Positions 24,740-38,399 of a stretch of 64,000 nt of DNA are shown here, piece after piece. This DNA is from Octopus bimaculoides. Taxonomy: Eukaryota. Location of the stretch: positions 68,256,378 through 68,320,377 of the forward strand of contig NC_068992.1 of assembly GCF_001194135.2 (NCBI RefSeq), given 5' to 3'. A program made the translations under genes and the position numbers. The notes beneath the pieces are model-generated. The model saw only the letters and a program-made list of their open reading frames with translations, was not told the DNA's origin and made no database searches. Positions within the stretch are counted from its first letter, which is position 1; each line of letters opens with the position of its first letter.

Positions 24740-26990
24740 ATATAAAAATGCATTGTTCAGAGATTGCAATGTCGAAACATACTATTACAGACAGAAAAAA
24801 AGGAGTGACAGTGGAGATACTATGTACATCCGCAAACACCTCACACCTCAGGTCCTTTTGTCACACTTAAATTTAAGTATGTAACATGCTAATTGTACAT
24901 AGAAGACAACTCGATGTAGTTATGTGTACAACAGTTCAGCCTCCAGATGATCCGAATCACGCAGACAAGATTGAAGACTTTCGTACAAGAATAGATGTTC
25001 TAGTTACATGAGAACAACACATAAGTGTATTTCTTTTGGGGGACATCAATCTGCCCAATGTCGGATGGCCTAAAGACCTTTCTCTTCCAGGAATGGCGCA
25101 TTACGAACAAAGACAGGCGAAGTCAACACTATTCACATGGAAAAAATAGCACTCCAACCAACCAACTAACCAGGGCAGATAACGTACTGAATCTCTGCTT
25201 CATAAATTTGCACGCTCATCCATAATATGAAAAGAATACCGACGCTACTGACGGATCACAACATAGTAGAGCTGACCATGTCCAATCCACAAAAAAACTC
25301 GCAAAACCTTTCCAATTTGAACTTCCATAAGGCAAACTGGAAATAAATTGAGAAAGAAATCCTCAAGCAAAACTGGACTAAATGTCTCTCCTCACCGGAC
25401 ATTGACATGAAACTTCAACAATTCATGTTTGCAAAGCAAGCCATATGCCACAATTGTGTGCCAGAGAGAAAGGCCACTGTACACAAGAACAAAATCTCCA
25501 GAGAGACGAATGTTCTTATGTGACAAAAATTTCAAATTGCCTAAATAAAAATATGGAAAGCAGTTAAAAATCCTGCCTGAAAATCTAACTGCTAGAGATT
25601 CTAAAATATCCGTAACTCTCCCTTGAAAAGGAAAGTACAGATATTGAAGCCTGGGTTATATACAATATAAAACCTAACCTCAAAGCCTTCTACAAGTTTG
25701 CCAAAGAAACAGCCTCAGTGCACTGCAAGGCAGGGCCACTGCTCGCAAAAGATGGTTCACTCACAGAAAACCCAATGAGGATAAGTGAAATACTAAATGA
25801 GCATTTCGAAAGTGTCTTCACTCCACCCCTAAGACACAGAGGCAGTGATGATTCATTACATCAATATAAAAAAAGACGCAATAATAAAGGCTATAAATGA
25901 GATGAGACCGAACCCAGGTACTGGCCCTGATGGATTCCCAGCAATCATTCTAAAATCATGTAAGCGACTCCTAGAAAGACCACTGCAGTCTCTCTACGAG
26001 AGCTTCCCTGCATCTGGAAAATATCCAAACAGGCTGAAGGAAAGGAAATTACGCCCTATTCAAAATGGAGGGAGCAGAGCAGAGGCCAAAAACTACAGAC
26101 CTATCTCTCTGACGTCGCACATCAGCAAAGTCATGGAACGAATAGCCAGAAGAACGTAATCCCCTTCCTCGAGGAACACGACTTGCTGACTGACACCCAG
26201 CATGGTTTCCAGCCAGGAAGAAGTTGCCTGACTCAGCTTTTACAGCAACACGACTGGGTGTTGAAACAGCTGCTCAAGCCCGCAAATGTGGATGTGACGT
26301 ATCTCGACTTTACGAAGGCTTTCGATAAAGTCGATCATATGTTACAAACTGCGTGGTCTCGGCATAGTCAGAAAATTGGGAGAATGGCTGCATGACTTTC
26401 TGAAGGATAGAAATCAGGGGGTCGTAGCCAATGGGGCGGCCTCCAGTGACACGCAAATAGTTAGCAGTGTTACGCAAGGCACTATTTTTGGGACCACTAT
26501 TGCTCATAACGGCCCTCTCAGATATACCCTCAGCCGTAGAGAGAGCCACGATCACAAGTTATGCAGATGATAGAAAAGTCTCACAGGTGATACAAAACCT
26601 TGAAGACGCTATGCACGTGCAACGTGAGTTAGAAGAAATATATCAGTGAGCTAAGAAGAATAAACTGCAATTTAATGCTGAAACGTTTCAGGCCCTCTTC
26701 TATCAGCGTGCAAACCTAAATGCAATACCAATTAAATACACTGGAACTGGATGGATTGCATCCTTCCATGTGCATGTTGCTAAGTTAGCAATGAAATGCA
26801 GGCTACTGACCGGGTGGATTCTTAGAACATTTAAAACTAGAGATCAGGAAACCATGATGGTCGTCTGAGTACATTTCTTCTAAGCTACTTTGACTATTGC
26901 TCCTATCTATGGTCACCTACCAGTGTAAATTAATAGCGGAACTTGAGGTAATCCAATGAAGCTACACGAAGATAGACACTAGGCGGTGCT
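24740..26990 (+). mobile_element. CR1-clade non-LTR retrotransposon ORF2 (AP endonuclease + RT), decayed and 3'-truncated
   Basis: Endonuclease motifs LLGDINLPNVGWP and TDHNIVEL; linker NFHKANW; RT motifs GPDGFP, NYRPISLTSHISKVMER, QHGFQPGRSCLTQLL, YLDFTKAFDKVDH and SYADD. Many stops and frameshifts. Confidence 0.92.
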
Positions 26991-27673
26991 ATTAAGTTAA
27001 ACATGGTCTGGTATATATGTATGTTGATACACACACACACATATATACACTCACATAAGTCTGTGAGTGTATCAACATATATACTTTGTTACTTTGATAG
27101 GTTTCGGCCTATGTGTATATACACGCATAGATAGATAGATAGATAGATAGATAAGGAGATAGATTGATGCATATATATATATATATATAAAGGCAAGAGA
27201 AAGAGAGAAAGAAAAGGCTTGATATGTTTTGGAATGTGGGCGTTTCGTAGTGCTTGTAGTTTCTACGTTATAATATGCATTCCTTCAGTTCACATATTGT
27301 CAGGAATACGAACCACATTAGTGGAAATATTAGTTTTATTTACGCATGAAATCATCTGCATTTCAAATGTCGTATATAATTACAGAGAGTAGCGTGAATG
27401 ACAGACAGAGAGAGAGGAAACTTCTATACATGAACAAGCACGTTATACGGGCTACTTCCTTTTCCAGTTGTCTTTCTCCCTCACTCTCATGCACTCTTTC
27501 TATGTTTATGCTTGTATATGTGTACCTGTATACTTATTATATGCATTACGCACGGATGAAAAGCATTCTCAGCACTTGAAGAGATCTCGTCAGACAATAG
27601 GTTTTACACAATATGTCAAAAGTCTAATGGCAGTTTCCTTCCAATTTTTGGTGTGTAGGTGCATGATTATATA

Positions 27674-28063
27674 TCTTTTATCTTTTACTTGTTTCAACCA
27701 TTAGACTATGGCCATGCTGTGGCAACACCTAAACGAATTAGTAGAAGGCATCGACCCCAGTATAGACCCTAGTACTTCATTTTTTAAAACCTGGCACTTA
27801 GTCTATCGATCCCTTTTGCCAGACCAGTAAGTTACGGAGATGTAAACACACCAGCACCGGTTGTCTAGCGGTGGGAACGATAAGCACAAAAACAAACACA
27901 CATAGTTTTATGTGTGTGTGTGTGTGTGTACGGCTGGCTTCTTTCAGTTTCCGTCTACCAGATCCACTCACAATGATTTGGTCGGGCCGAATTTATAGCA
28001 GAAAACACTTGCCCAAGGTCCCACGCAGACTTGTTACCACACAGCCACTCCTGCTGCGCCTAT
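27674..28063 (-). mobile_element. SINE family A copy
   Basis: Same head, core and tail blocks as the other family A copies; internal (TG)n. Confidence 0.85.
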
Positions 28064-28173
28064 GATATATATATATGCTTGTGTGTGTATGTGTGTGTGT
28101 AGTGTGCACTTGTGCATAAAGATAGAATTTATAGTTATCTTTCCAATTTAATAGCATACACTCTGTCTAAATA

Positions 28174-28302
28174 CAGTAGTGCCTCGGTTTTCGAGCAACT
28201 TTATGTATATATATATATATATATAATGTGTGTGTGTGTGTGTGTGTGTATAAAGCACGATTTATTTGTGATCAGGGGCGTTCGTAAACCGAGGTGTTAC
28301 TG
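28174..28302. mobile_element. pogo/Tigger-like MITE with microsatellite interior
   Basis: TA|CAGTAGTGCCTCGGTTTTCGA on the left; the right end reverse-complements to TA|CAGTAACACCTCGGTTTACGA. TA target-site duplication; interior mostly (TA)n(TG)n. Confidence 0.72.
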
Positions 28303-29264
28303 TATTAAATGAATATGAGAAAGGCAGGAGATAAAGTACAATTTATTTGTGATCAGCGTTGTTCGAAAACCGAGGTTCTATTCTACATTTATCCAGTCAA
28401 ATTATATATTAGAAATTTGTTTTTTTAGATTCCCAACTTAAACCTAGTATGATAATGCATAAAACTGATCAGTGACAGAACTCATTTCATTTATTAATTT
28501 AATCAAATTCTATTACTTTTCTTTGCAAATATCGTATTTCTTTTTAACATATCATAATGTATAATACAGCTTACTTAGTAATATCTAGAATTCTGCACAC
28601 TTCTTTTCCATGCTTTTAAAGGTAGCTTAAATGTGTGTGTGTGTATTTTAATAGTCTGTATGATTACCTGTACGTTGATATAAAGTTTTACATTCAATCC
28701 CGTGCATTTTTATATCTAAATCTATCTCTTTGTTAAGCAATCTTCCACAAAGGTTAGGCAATTCAGTGGCGATATAGAAAGAAATGTCAAGGAGCAGAAT
28801 TTTTACAGGTCATGTAATTTATCAAAACATTGAAGAGTAAAGTTTTCTGGACGCCATCCATTCATACTATGCTATCTTGGTGCTAGTTTCTCCCAGCGCA
28901 TAATAGACAATAACCATATATACTAAATTACTTCACAATTTAGGTTTAAAGAAAAAGGACTCTCACACGTGCACACACTAGCACATACACACGCACGCAC
29001 ACATGCGCGCGCATACACCCCGACCACACACAAAGCGGGTGTGTATCATATCAACGTATTTAGATATGTATTTCCATATCAACAAATACCTTTTGTGCAA
29101 TCTTCTGATTGGGTGACAGATTATTACTTCAAGAAGCGAGCTATGAAACGGCAGAAAATCCTAAGGCTGAATGGGATCTTTTAGTTCAGTTCGATAGAGG
29201 AACTTTCTGTGATAGCCATACGATTCTATGAATCCATATAAATTTGTGTGTAGAGAGAGAGAGA

Positions 29265-29349
<85 letters not shown>

Positions 29350-30209
29350 TAAACAAATATGGAGAGAGACGGACTGTGTGTGAAATATATCGTTATATGT
29401 TTTATTTCGTTGATTCTGTTTTGGAAGCATGTTCTCAGCCTTCAATTGCTGACCTCTTCAATAATTTCTTTCAATGTTTACCTGACGAACCACATTGCAT
29501 TTTATCTTTGTTTTTCCCACATTCTGCTTAAAATTCACGTCATATACAAGCGTTTCTCTGTATCCTAATCCATCTTACAATTAAAAAGTTGAAGCAGATT
29601 TCAAACCACGAAATTGGAACACCGGTTCTAACTTTATATATATCAGTCTTTCGTTTATATGTGATTGTAAAGGCCTAGTGTTGTGATACATGTAACGCAT
29701 AGTAAGAGGGGATCTCTTACTAAACAGAATTCTGTCGCTCATTCAGTCTCTTGTTAAGCCATGCTCCGTCATTTACATCTTACTGCAGAGAGAATTTGTG
29801 CAACGTCACGTTCTCTATATGCCACAAGATATCGCTTTTATTTCTTATCAAGATAAATGAACGCAATATATTAATTACATGTTCAATAGTACAGTGGATG
29901 ATTTCAATTATTATTTTAAATACATGATTTCAGGTCGCTGGTTCAAAACCAATCTATTATATGGCCATCAACTTAAGGCATTATCCAGCTCCTTTGAATC
30001 TTTGCACCTACGGTGTATATTTATTATCATCATCATCAATAATATTACGCTAACTTCTTTTGTTTTTGTACGTACCTGTGTTGTGTCACACTTGAAAGAA
30101 GTGGCAAAGCGACAGACGGAGGACAGAGGAAGTAAGAGAGAGAGAGAGAGAGACAGAGAGAGTGAGGGGTGACGGCGTTTGTTTTGTCTTTTTAAATGTT
30201 TCAGAAATT

Positions 30210-30249
30210 ATAGGCGTAGGAGTGGCTGTGTGGTAAGTAGTTTGCTTAC
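30210..30249 (+). mobile_element. SINE family A 5' head fragment only
   Basis: ataggcgtaggagtggctgtgtggtaagtagtttgcttac matches the family A 5' end; homology then stops. Confidence 0.7.
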
Positions 30250-30458
30250 TTCCGACCTTGCGCATTAGCTGCTTCCAGTTGAACCAAAGTGGACAGTGTG
30301 TTTAACGCTGTCCAAAATTGAAAATGTGTGAAGTCGACCGAGGTAAATAAATTCCATCTCATCTTATAGCAGGTTTAAAAAGCCACGTCAAATGCCATGA
30401 TGGTGCTAAGGTGTAGGTACAGGAGGTGGTCAAACTCTGCATAAAGAGTAGACAGCCA

Positions 30459-30497
<39 letters not shown>

Positions 30498-32599
30498 AGT
30501 AATGTTAAGATAAATGTAATTTGTTCCCTATTTGGAAGTGTGAGAATATCCATACAGTGCTATTATCTCTGTTAAGGATGTTGATATAAATTTACAGAAA
30601 TTAAAACAAATTTTAATTTGTGCATTTTGTATAATTAGTATCACTTGTCATTACAATAAACTATTATACGAAATAATCAATAGAACAATCAGTAAAGCAA
30701 TGCTTGCCTCAATTATTATTCTTTTTCCTGAAATAATTGGAGACCAATTATAAAAAGCAATTAACTTCATTTGCAATATATTACAAATGTAGTTCGGTGG
30801 TGGATTGGCCGATCATTATGAATGCGGCCGCACTGCTTTGCAGCTCCAGTCGTTTATGATGTATGTTAACTATGTTTTTCGGCTTTCCTGGAACTATAAA
30901 ATAAGAAGCTGTCAAATACTGACTCCGATGTCAAGTGTATACTCTCTAATTGTAAGGTATCCACTAATGCTAGAATTCGACATTATAAACACCCCATTGA
31001 CAGATTCCTTATTGCGTTATTTATTTAATGACTTTCAGTTTCTGTATTCAAATCTTGTTTAGTTCAACCTTACCTTAAATCCTTTCAGAATCAGTAAGGT
31101 AAACCGATTATTACGTATGGGATGTAGCATATGTATTTTTGCTGCTGAAACCAATAGAATATTTGACAATATTGTTACCAAACGGAAACCTGTGTCTATA
31201 AGTTCTGCATGTCAATTAACAAGAGTCGTTCATCATATCCTTAATAGATTAGAGAGTTAAACAAAATATTTTTCTAACTGGAAAATCTTCGAGAACTTTC
31301 AAATTAAAAATGACAGCCATTCAACTCAGTGAAATATCTACCGCTTGATTTCAGTTTATATTAAGATATTTAAAATATATTTTTTTTTTTTTTTCATTTA
31401 ACCACGATGGCTTAATTTAGACTACATGAAAACTACGCGTAAAATCAAGGTAAAATCTGAATTATCAATTCATAATAATCATTATTAATTTTCTTTAAGA
31501 AGAAACATAGTAACAATGCGCTTTATCTGCCCTTGTATTTAGTCCAGTATGCTTGACAGATTGAAACTATCGCAGTGGACAGAATATGGGTAGTCCAACC
31601 CAACATATATATGTATATATAATTTGTGTGTGTGTGTGAGTGTATGTATACCTTACAGTTTTGTTTTCATGGCGCATCACAACACTATACTTTGTTTTTG
31701 CTCTCGTTTCCATTAAAGAGATGTAGAGACAAGAAATGGTAAATTTAAATGTTTTCCTTTCATACAATTTGTATTTTGAGTGAATTGTTCATTTTCAGTT
31801 ATTTCAGTCGATAAATTCTATATGTGTTTATTATTGTTTATTATTTTGTTTATTATTGTTTAGGAGTGTTCATTGTCGTAATATTCAATGAATTTATTCA
31901 ACCGTGGTCTGCTGCCTGTGTGTGTTTGTGCGTGTGAGTATGTATGCCTGTATGTTGCCTAATTCTTGTTGTTACTGAGACATTATGTGCATCTGTAGGA
32001 GCGTTCTTTAATCGCCAACATTAATTATTTTCATCAAGATGTGCAACCACCGAAAATACACAAGCTTGAAAATACTAATATATTTCGATCATAAATATCA
32101 TCAATACAGTACAATTTCACGCTACTGAATCCGTATGAATGGTTTAATGAATATAACTCTAGAATCAATGCAGGTCTTCTAGACAGAAATTATTGGTGTA
32201 GAAAGAATTCATGGAAAATATTTTTAAACGCAGGATAATTTGGGCGTCAAGAACACGATGTAATTTTAGACCTATCATTATTTGTTGTATTTTTATTTTA
32301 AGATTCAATCAGAAAGAGAAAACTCTTCTCATGTATTATAAAGCATTTCAAGGTCTCTGAATTTGATTGAGAAAAAGGAGTAAGTTATCCCCAAATATGG
32401 GAACGGGACCAAGTGCTTGCCACCGGGAGAACTCCGCTGAAGTTATCCAAGAGCTTGATGAGGGTGTTAAACGGAGTGATGTGTTAGGTTTACTATCCAA
32501 AGACCAGATGAAAGTGTGACTGAAGAATGGAAAAGAGGCAACACTCATGGCGCAAAATATTTTCTTCAAGACTAGAAGTATTCCAACAACCCACTGCTT

Positions 32600-32740
32600 T
32601 GGTTGGTTCTTTATCTTGTCGAAGCCGAATCGATTTGAGCCAAAGAAGCTGACGTCGCCGAGATTTGAACTCGGAGTTCCGGGAGTCGAGACAAACGCCA
32701 TAAAACATTTTGGTCATTGATCTAATGAATTTGCCAACAC
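32600..32740 (-). mobile_element. Highly diverged family B-like SINE head
   Basis: Reverse complement gttggcaaattcattag...ccgagttcaaatctcggcgacgtcagctt resembles the family B A/B-box head. Confidence 0.35.
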
Positions 32741-33299
32741 AGCATTGTCTTTTAGACTTAAGTCTCCCCACACAAGGCATTGCTCTATCTTCAAGAGTAT
32801 TATAACCGGCACACTCTCACGATTTTCCGTATAAATTCATGGTTATTCAATGTAACCTTCACTGCTTATGGCGGTAGTGTGTAATATGCGGAAGTTTTCC
32901 TGTTGTGTTTTGTATGTTCAGCGATTCCATTTGAGATTCTTCCGTAGATTGGAAATAATGATCTATTTTTGAAAACAGGGTTAATTTGGCTGTGAACCAT
33001 AAGAAACAGTAAATCATCTGACTTTAAACTTCTAACTATGCACGTTCTTCCACATCTCATACAACAAAATTTTACAGTCCATAGCCCCAAACGGATAAAC
33101 TCTTGGCCGCATAGCAGCTATTAAACCTATCAATTCCCCAAAGCTTTACCCAGTAATGCAGCTATGGTGAGGCCTCTTTTTGAACTACGAAAAATGCCAT
33201 TGTACATCGCACGCCCTCATCCTATCGAAATTCTCAAACGATGGCTGATTCCTCTCCTCGCTTTAATCAGTATCACCACAGAGAAGTCTATTTTGTATC

Positions 33300-34120
33300 C
33301 AACTCATGACAGCATATGTTCACACCTCTCACCTTGAAACCAACCAGTCAGTCCTTCCACAACTATACATACAATACACCAAGTGAGAAATTTACCAAGG
33401 CTGATTCAGGCCTGCAATGGTGCCGATCTTAATATCTTCCTTACTGCTCTCATAATATTGCATACTAGACCTTACTCCAATGCTCCCTAAGTTCTTCAAT
33501 TTCACACTCTCTTCTGATCACTGGGAACACATTAAAATATGTCCAATTCCCCCAAAATATCTCTGGCCCTGACAACGGGCATATTACTGCACTCCAATAT
33601 TTCGAAAGGAAAGGAACAATGGTTAACGAGAACAATTCTCTCTCTCTCCCTCTCTCCCTCCCTCTCTCTCTCTCTCCCTCTCTCTCTCTCTCACGCGCGC
33701 GCTCGAACATGCACACCACCCCACTCAATAATGACCATTAGTGTGCTGTACTTTCCTAAAGACAGACTTATTGGTGATCTAATCTCTTATGTCTTTCACT
33801 CAAGAGAAATTCATTGAAGGCATTTGTTCTAGACACCAGTAACGTTTTTGACTGGATTTGTTATAGGAATTAACGGGAGTCTTTTGTCTACTCTTTTTTT
33901 CCGCTACTGAATGAGGACCTACTTGCCAGCAAGTCCAATAAATCCCATTTTAGGCATACAATAGGATATTTTATTCCTGCTTGACATTTCCCAAATTAGC
34001 GTCACCCACTCATCAATTTAGCATTGATTCCACGCACGGAATTCTTCAAGCACTCTCCAATGGGTCCAGTTTTGTTTCTTTCAATATCTTTCAATAACAA
34101 TAATCCATGAACTATTAACA
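33300..34120 (+). mobile_element. Heavily decayed LINE ORF2 remnant
   Basis: Scraps DLNIFLT and SDH (endonuclease), VLDTSNVFDWI (similar to LDISKAFDRV) and PMGPVLFL (similar to PQGSVL), in the expected order. Confidence 0.3.
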
Positions 34121-35246
34121 ATTCGAGAAATTATTGTACTATCTACTTTTCAAGCATAAGCAACAGCTACAGTCCTCATCTTTGCTTTAAATGTTAAGAT
34201 TTAGTATCACTAAGGACCAGTCTCGTCATTATTTCGAGTGAGGCCCAAAACAGAATGTTGCTCCTATATGTATGAGTCTCACAGACATCTTAGATAGTAT
34301 GTAGAGAAAGGCCCCTCATCTGATTGACGTGATGTCATTATGTTACTCGTAACACTCACTAACTCATAAATTTACTGTCTCTTCTGTCTCTATCGCTACT
34401 ACAGCGGTCTTTGTTCCTTAGAGGTGATTGCTTCATGCATCCTTATCTTAAACACGCTTGACAAACTAGTTTTCGACTTATCCAGATTTGAACTCAGTAA
34501 GAAACTATACATGATTATATACAGGAATGCATTTTCTCCGTCATTCTCGGTGTAAGTGGTATGGACGTACTAGTATCATAGCAATCGTCATGGCCACCAC
34601 CACAAAACTACAGGTCAACTCCGACCAGTTTTTCTGAATTACCAATAATCAACGTCATTTATAATATTGATTTAATTTGTGCATTTTAATTGCACTTAAA
34701 TGAACTTGGTCTCTATTGTTTAATTCTCCTCTATTTTCGATCTTCAATCCATCTCAAATTTTAATTATGACTAAGCGGAATTATGTATACATCAGTGCAT
34801 CAATGTGTGTGTTTTTGCTGTGATTAAGTTATTGAACAAAGATTTATCCCGCTTAAGGTAAATCGATTTCTATTCATATGGTTTTCACCCCACCTTTTTT
34901 TTTCATTTAATAATATTGCTATTCCATAGATTGAGTCTCTTTTCAGACAAATGTAAAGGAACTAATGAAGCATTTAGTTAAATGCACCGATTCCATTTCT
35001 TTCTCGTTGATAATTTTCTTATTAATTTTGACATTTAGAATAACATATGAATAATATATCACTAGATAGCAAAATACTACTTTCTCCATTTTATGATACG
35101 GATGCCATAGTAAATATATTTCAGTTGGATTACTCTACTATAGAGGTATCTGTATCTCAATTACACAGTAACGTCACAGTACACACACACACACTCACAT
35201 ATATATGAATATGTATGTATGTATATGTATAGGTTAAAGTAGTGAG

Positions 35247-35336
35247 TCTCTGACAGCTGTTTCTGGGATATCCCAGCCATTGGAGCATCGTGTCAAGCGA
35301 AGACTCCATCAGTTAGGTAAACCGTCATCAGAGAGA
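35247..35336 (-). ncRNA. Type I hammerhead ribozyme motif (copy 1), extended stem II region, GUC cleavage triplet
   Basis: Minus strand: TCTCT-CTGATGA-(61 nt)-GAAA-CAGCTG-TC-AGAGA. 5-bp stem I, palindromic ACAGCTGT stem III. The base of stem II is non-canonical. Confidence 0.6.
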
Positions 35337-35875
35337 TATAGATGAGAAAGTTCCTCATCAATGATATTTGTTGCGGTTCCTTATGTCCAAGAGGAGCAGG
35401 GAGAGGTCCAATTAAATCCAGTTAGATCGGGTCTTCCTCGGGTAAATCCACCATTAGAGAGAATGGTTAGATAGCACTCCATGGTGAGAGAAAAGAATGG
35501 TTAGATTGTACTCGGTAGAAAGGGATAATGACTTCCGGCAGTTCTAAAGCTGTACAAAAACTGAGAAAAGGAATAGAAATACACACTGGACGGAGAAAGA
35601 CGTGTAGATAAGAGCTTTGTACTAGATATATACTATACAGTAGAGCGAGGGGTATTCCTGTCGTGGGAAATTAGAGGGAGAGAGTAGAAAGACGAATGAG
35701 GGGTATTCCTATCCAAAGAAATTATGGGGAGCAAATGTAAAAATAAGGGGAAAAAATAAAGCAGATGCCAGACTCACAAGGCTGGATACCAATGAGAGGG
35801 GGGTATGTGTAGGTAAGTAGGTGGTCATAAAAAAAGATAATATGCNNNNNNNNNNGGTATATTCTTATGCCTCCA

Positions 35876-36145
35876 ATATCGTAATACGGTCGATATCATC
35901 TGCGATATATAAAGAATACACTGTAACAGTGTTATAACTACAAAATAGAAACAGTGGCAGTAACAAACACGTAACGAACCAACAGTCAAGAATTCCAACA
36001 TAGTAACTCGAACTGTCAACTGTACCTGGACTTCGAGCACCAAACTACGAACTGCTAACTACGTCAGACCGCTACTGTTTATATGTAGTGGTCTCGTCTA
36101 TTCTCCTCAGAAGATGTACTCTCGTCACAACATATCCCTTCTTGA
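35876..36145 (-). mobile_element. Possible LTR retrotransposon LTR with adjacent polypurine tract
   Basis: Minus strand aagaagggata|TGTTGTGAC (TG at 36132-36131) looks like a PPT-LTR junction; TATA-like catataaac inside; TGGAGGCA follows at 35875-35868. No second LTR or clear pol motif was found. Confidence 0.33.
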
Positions 36146-38109
36146 GATTTCGACTTCTGGGAGAATAAAGAAATTTTATTTATTCTTCTTATTTAATGGC
36201 ATCTTTTTCGCTTGAATCTCAACTCAAGACGTTCGATCTGCTTGCTTATTCTCATGCTGGTTCTACGGCACTTCATTGCTTTAGGTGCCGGGACATCGAA
36301 TACATCAAAACATAATTCCATATAAATTTCTCTGCCTTCTTCGGTATGTCTCTTCTTTAGCTGAGTTATGTATTTGTTGCATGTTTGTATTAACTTTAGT
36401 TAAAACATGCATTTTTGGACATCAAGGTAGGCTCAGGCGACACTGTCTCAGTTAACAGCTTTATTCAGTTTGTGATTCGCTGAATTAACTAGCTCCCTCG
36501 GACAGGCGTTCTCTGCTACGTCCGATTGCCTGTTACATAATGTGCCTGCCGCCATGATTAAAAGGAGTTCCTTGATTTTCTTGCTTCACTTCTAAAGGAC
36601 ACCCGGCATGTTGTTTTGCTCTATCGCCATTTATGCTGGCCTCTCTCACACAAGACCATTTTTCAATGTCGTTATCTTCATGCTATCTAAAAACGCTTCT
36701 ATCAAGTCTTTTTTACATATACAAAGTACAACTAATGTCTTCACGCATTCATTCATTTACTGTTAACACACCAGAGACATCTCTATAAAAACACTACACA
36801 TCTCTACAAGAACACAACTTCTTTACAGGAAATCTTATTAATGCGTGAAGACATTCATACCAAAACTTTGTGAGTTCAAGAAATATTTTCAATTTAGTTC
36901 ATTTAAAACTAGATCCAAGGTAGAGAGAGAAGTTTCATGTTCATGATATTTCGAGGTTCCGTGGAGTTTCTGAATTGAAGCGCCCATAAGGAAATATTGA
37001 AGAAGTCGAAATTTCAGCCCAAATCGGACTTCCTGTAAAAAATTGGACGTTCATCTCAGATGAGACAGCCAGATCGGATTTTCAACCGTGTCTGACTTTT
37101 AGTCATATCCTACTTTCGGCCCTGATTCAGTCATAAGTGAATTTCTGAAGTTCCATGGTGTGAACTGAGGAATTTCATTTTAACTCTTACTCTTACCGAA
37201 AATGCTTTTGAAAGGCACTAAGACAAGAGAGAGAAGAGCAACAGAGACATCAAAGGAGGCACAAGAAAGGGGAGAAGAAGAAAAGGTCAAGGGCTGCAGA
37301 ATATGACAGTCAGTCTTCGATGCAAAACCACTGCGGTGATCCAGCATGACTGAAAGACATAAAGGAATAAAAGAACACACACACACACACACATGCGTAC
37401 TGTGTCGTTGTAAATTTATAGGATAAACGAATACAAGTTTTATTATAATGCAGCTTTTGCCGAATAACTAGTTTCATTGAATGTGAACGAAAATATGACG
37501 TATTAATCTTCAAAGAACCGTTTATTTGCAACAGAATAATTTTTCTCCGTTTTTAGATTATATGATAGGAAGTTTAGTACACTGGTTTTATATCAGCCAA
37601 AAAGTACCAAATGTAAGAACTTTCATTTATTATTCTATAAATGTCAATAAAACAGTGGTGAATAATAGAATCAGTAAAGAGGTGGACACTATAACTTTCA
37701 GGATTAAGTGACAGCTCTTTCAGTACCAAGTTGAGAATGTTACCGTAGTCTCATTTGCATTTCATCTCTGTAGGTTCGATAAAATATAATACTTTGCTTG
37801 TTTTGTTATTGAGTACGCGGTTTTCATGTTTTGAGACAAAATTTAACATTATTATTATTATTATTTATTGCTTTTGCACAGCTTCTAACGCTGGAGATGT
37901 ATTGCGGTGTCAGCTGTTCACTACAAGTGAAGTAAGGTAACACCTCTTACTTTTCGAGCACCTTCCGAAGTATTCGAGCGGTTCTAAGCAGTGCTGTTTT
38001 CTGCAAGTGCTCCACCCTTATTGCAGCCCCTATTTGTTCCATGTACTTCTCAAGATTTTTGCTCACTGTTCCCAGGGCTCCAACAATTATCATCATCGTT
38101 GTTGATAAT

Positions 38110-38320
38110 GAGGCGAGCTGGCAGAATCGTTAGCACGGTGGACTGAATACTTAGCAGTATTTCGCCCGTCGCTACGTTCTGATTTCAAATTCCGCCGAGA
38201 TCGTTTTTGCGTTTCATCCTTCAGCGGTTAATAAATTGAGTACCAGTGAAACACAGGGGTCGATGCAATTAACTTAATCCCCTCCCCCAAGCTGCCCATG
38301 TGGCTAAAGGTCGAAATAAA
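38110..38320 (+). mobile_element. SINE family B copy 1 of a tandem trio
   Basis: aggcgagctggcagaatcgttagcac...ttcaaattccgccgag...aaattgagtaccag...ggggtcgatg. Confidence 0.85.
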
Positions 38321-38338
38321 TTGTTGTTGTTGTTGTTG

Positions 38339-38397
<59 letters not shown>
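38320..38397. repeat. (TTG)n(TTA)n microsatellite between tandem SINEs
   Basis: Direct reading. Confidence 0.95.

Positions 38398-38399
<2 letters not shown>

Noticed and set aside
33149-33206. Possible transporter start exon MYNGIFRSSKRGLTIAALL-G|gtaaag
   Set aside because: Only superficially like RCL..DL..LG (two residues short, no Asp), weak donor, and it lies next to a decayed plus-strand LINE.
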